Source: an uncultured Candidatus Saccharibacteria bacterium
Lineage (GTDB): Bacteria > Patescibacteriota > Minisyncoccia > Phycocordibacterales > EsbW-18
DNA: 40,812 nt
Direction of reading: 5' to 3'
Assembly (NCBI GenBank): GCA_964564385.1
Contig: CAZMAP010000002.1
Location: 1-40,812, forward strand
Shown here: positions 40,785 through 40,812 of the stretch, piece after piece
Layout: each line of letters begins with the position of its first letter
How positions within the stretch are numbered: position 1 is the stretch's first letter
The notes under the pieces: model-generated
What the model was told of the DNA's origin: nothing
Database searches by the model: none
Seen by the model: only the letters and a program-made list of their open reading frames with translations
Program-made: the position numbers and the translations under genes

Positions 40785-40812
40785 TTGTCAAAACAGCCTT
40801 GCGTGCTATAGT
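40785..40812 (+). promoter_or_regulatory. 23-nt direct repeat copy 2, forming an intact promoter TTGTCA-16-TATAGT for the gene beyond the window end
   Basis: TTGTCA at 40785-40790 and TATAGT at 40807-40812. The repeat ends inside the -10 box. Confidence 0.6.

Noticed and set aside
1-40812. Search for an integrase, transposase, recombinase, reverse transcriptase, Cas or restriction genes that could explain the insertions
   Set aside because: None of the translated ORFs shows the corresponding motifs (R..H..R..Y, DDE, YxDD, etc.). Cassette mobility therefore remains unexplained rather than assigned to a known element class.

Overview
The window looks like a small-genome bacterial chromosome segment, possibly Patescibacteria/CPR-like (inference only). 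The backbone carries housekeeping genes at moderate GC. These include rluA-like, rplS, tRNA-Leu, tRNA-His, a type IV pilus block (pilB, pilC, three pilin-like genes), tpiA, pgk, HIT, recJ, rnhA, mscL, comEC, sodA, a separate ComEC-type MBL gene, rpmB, a site-2 protease and rpsL-rpsG.

The main non-backbone signal is a set of about eight visibly GC-richer insertions, judged by eye from CTG/GAG/AAG codon usage rather than computed. They lie at roughly 984-1873, 13185-14110, 14110-15735, 24780-26556, 28690-29015, 29803-30431, 33467-35453 and 40052-40784.
- Each is a self-contained cassette: a near-consensus sigma70-type promoter, a strong Shine-Dalgarno, orphan ORF(s), and a GC-hairpin/T-run terminator.
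- Cargo is partly paralogous. Three divergent copies of one orphan family occur at 1139, 13364 and 24908, and two similar small proteins at 25668 and 26028.
- Terminator tails are related (GCTTTCGTTT), and a ~70-nt double-hairpin element occurs twice.
- One cassette is bracketed by a perfect 23-nt direct repeat that duplicates the -35 and spacer of the downstream promoter.
- No integrase, transposase or recombinase is visible anywhere in the window.

Other notable features:
- Two tRNA 3' ends are duplicated downstream: 15 nt flanking a 178-nt structured insert, and a degenerate 16/17 nt flanking an AT-rich ORF after tRNA-His.
- A four-helix-bundle (rRNA-IVS-type) gene is bracketed by ~35-40-nt inverted repeats, and a related gene-less inverted repeat overlaps the start of a pilin-like gene.
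- There are two candidate ORF-free structured RNAs, and a recurring CCTGCCTGC/GCAGGCAGG palindrome.
- Regulatory-looking hairpins lie upstream of rpsL and between rpsL and rpsG.

All functional calls come from motif recognition in the supplied translations. No searches were run.
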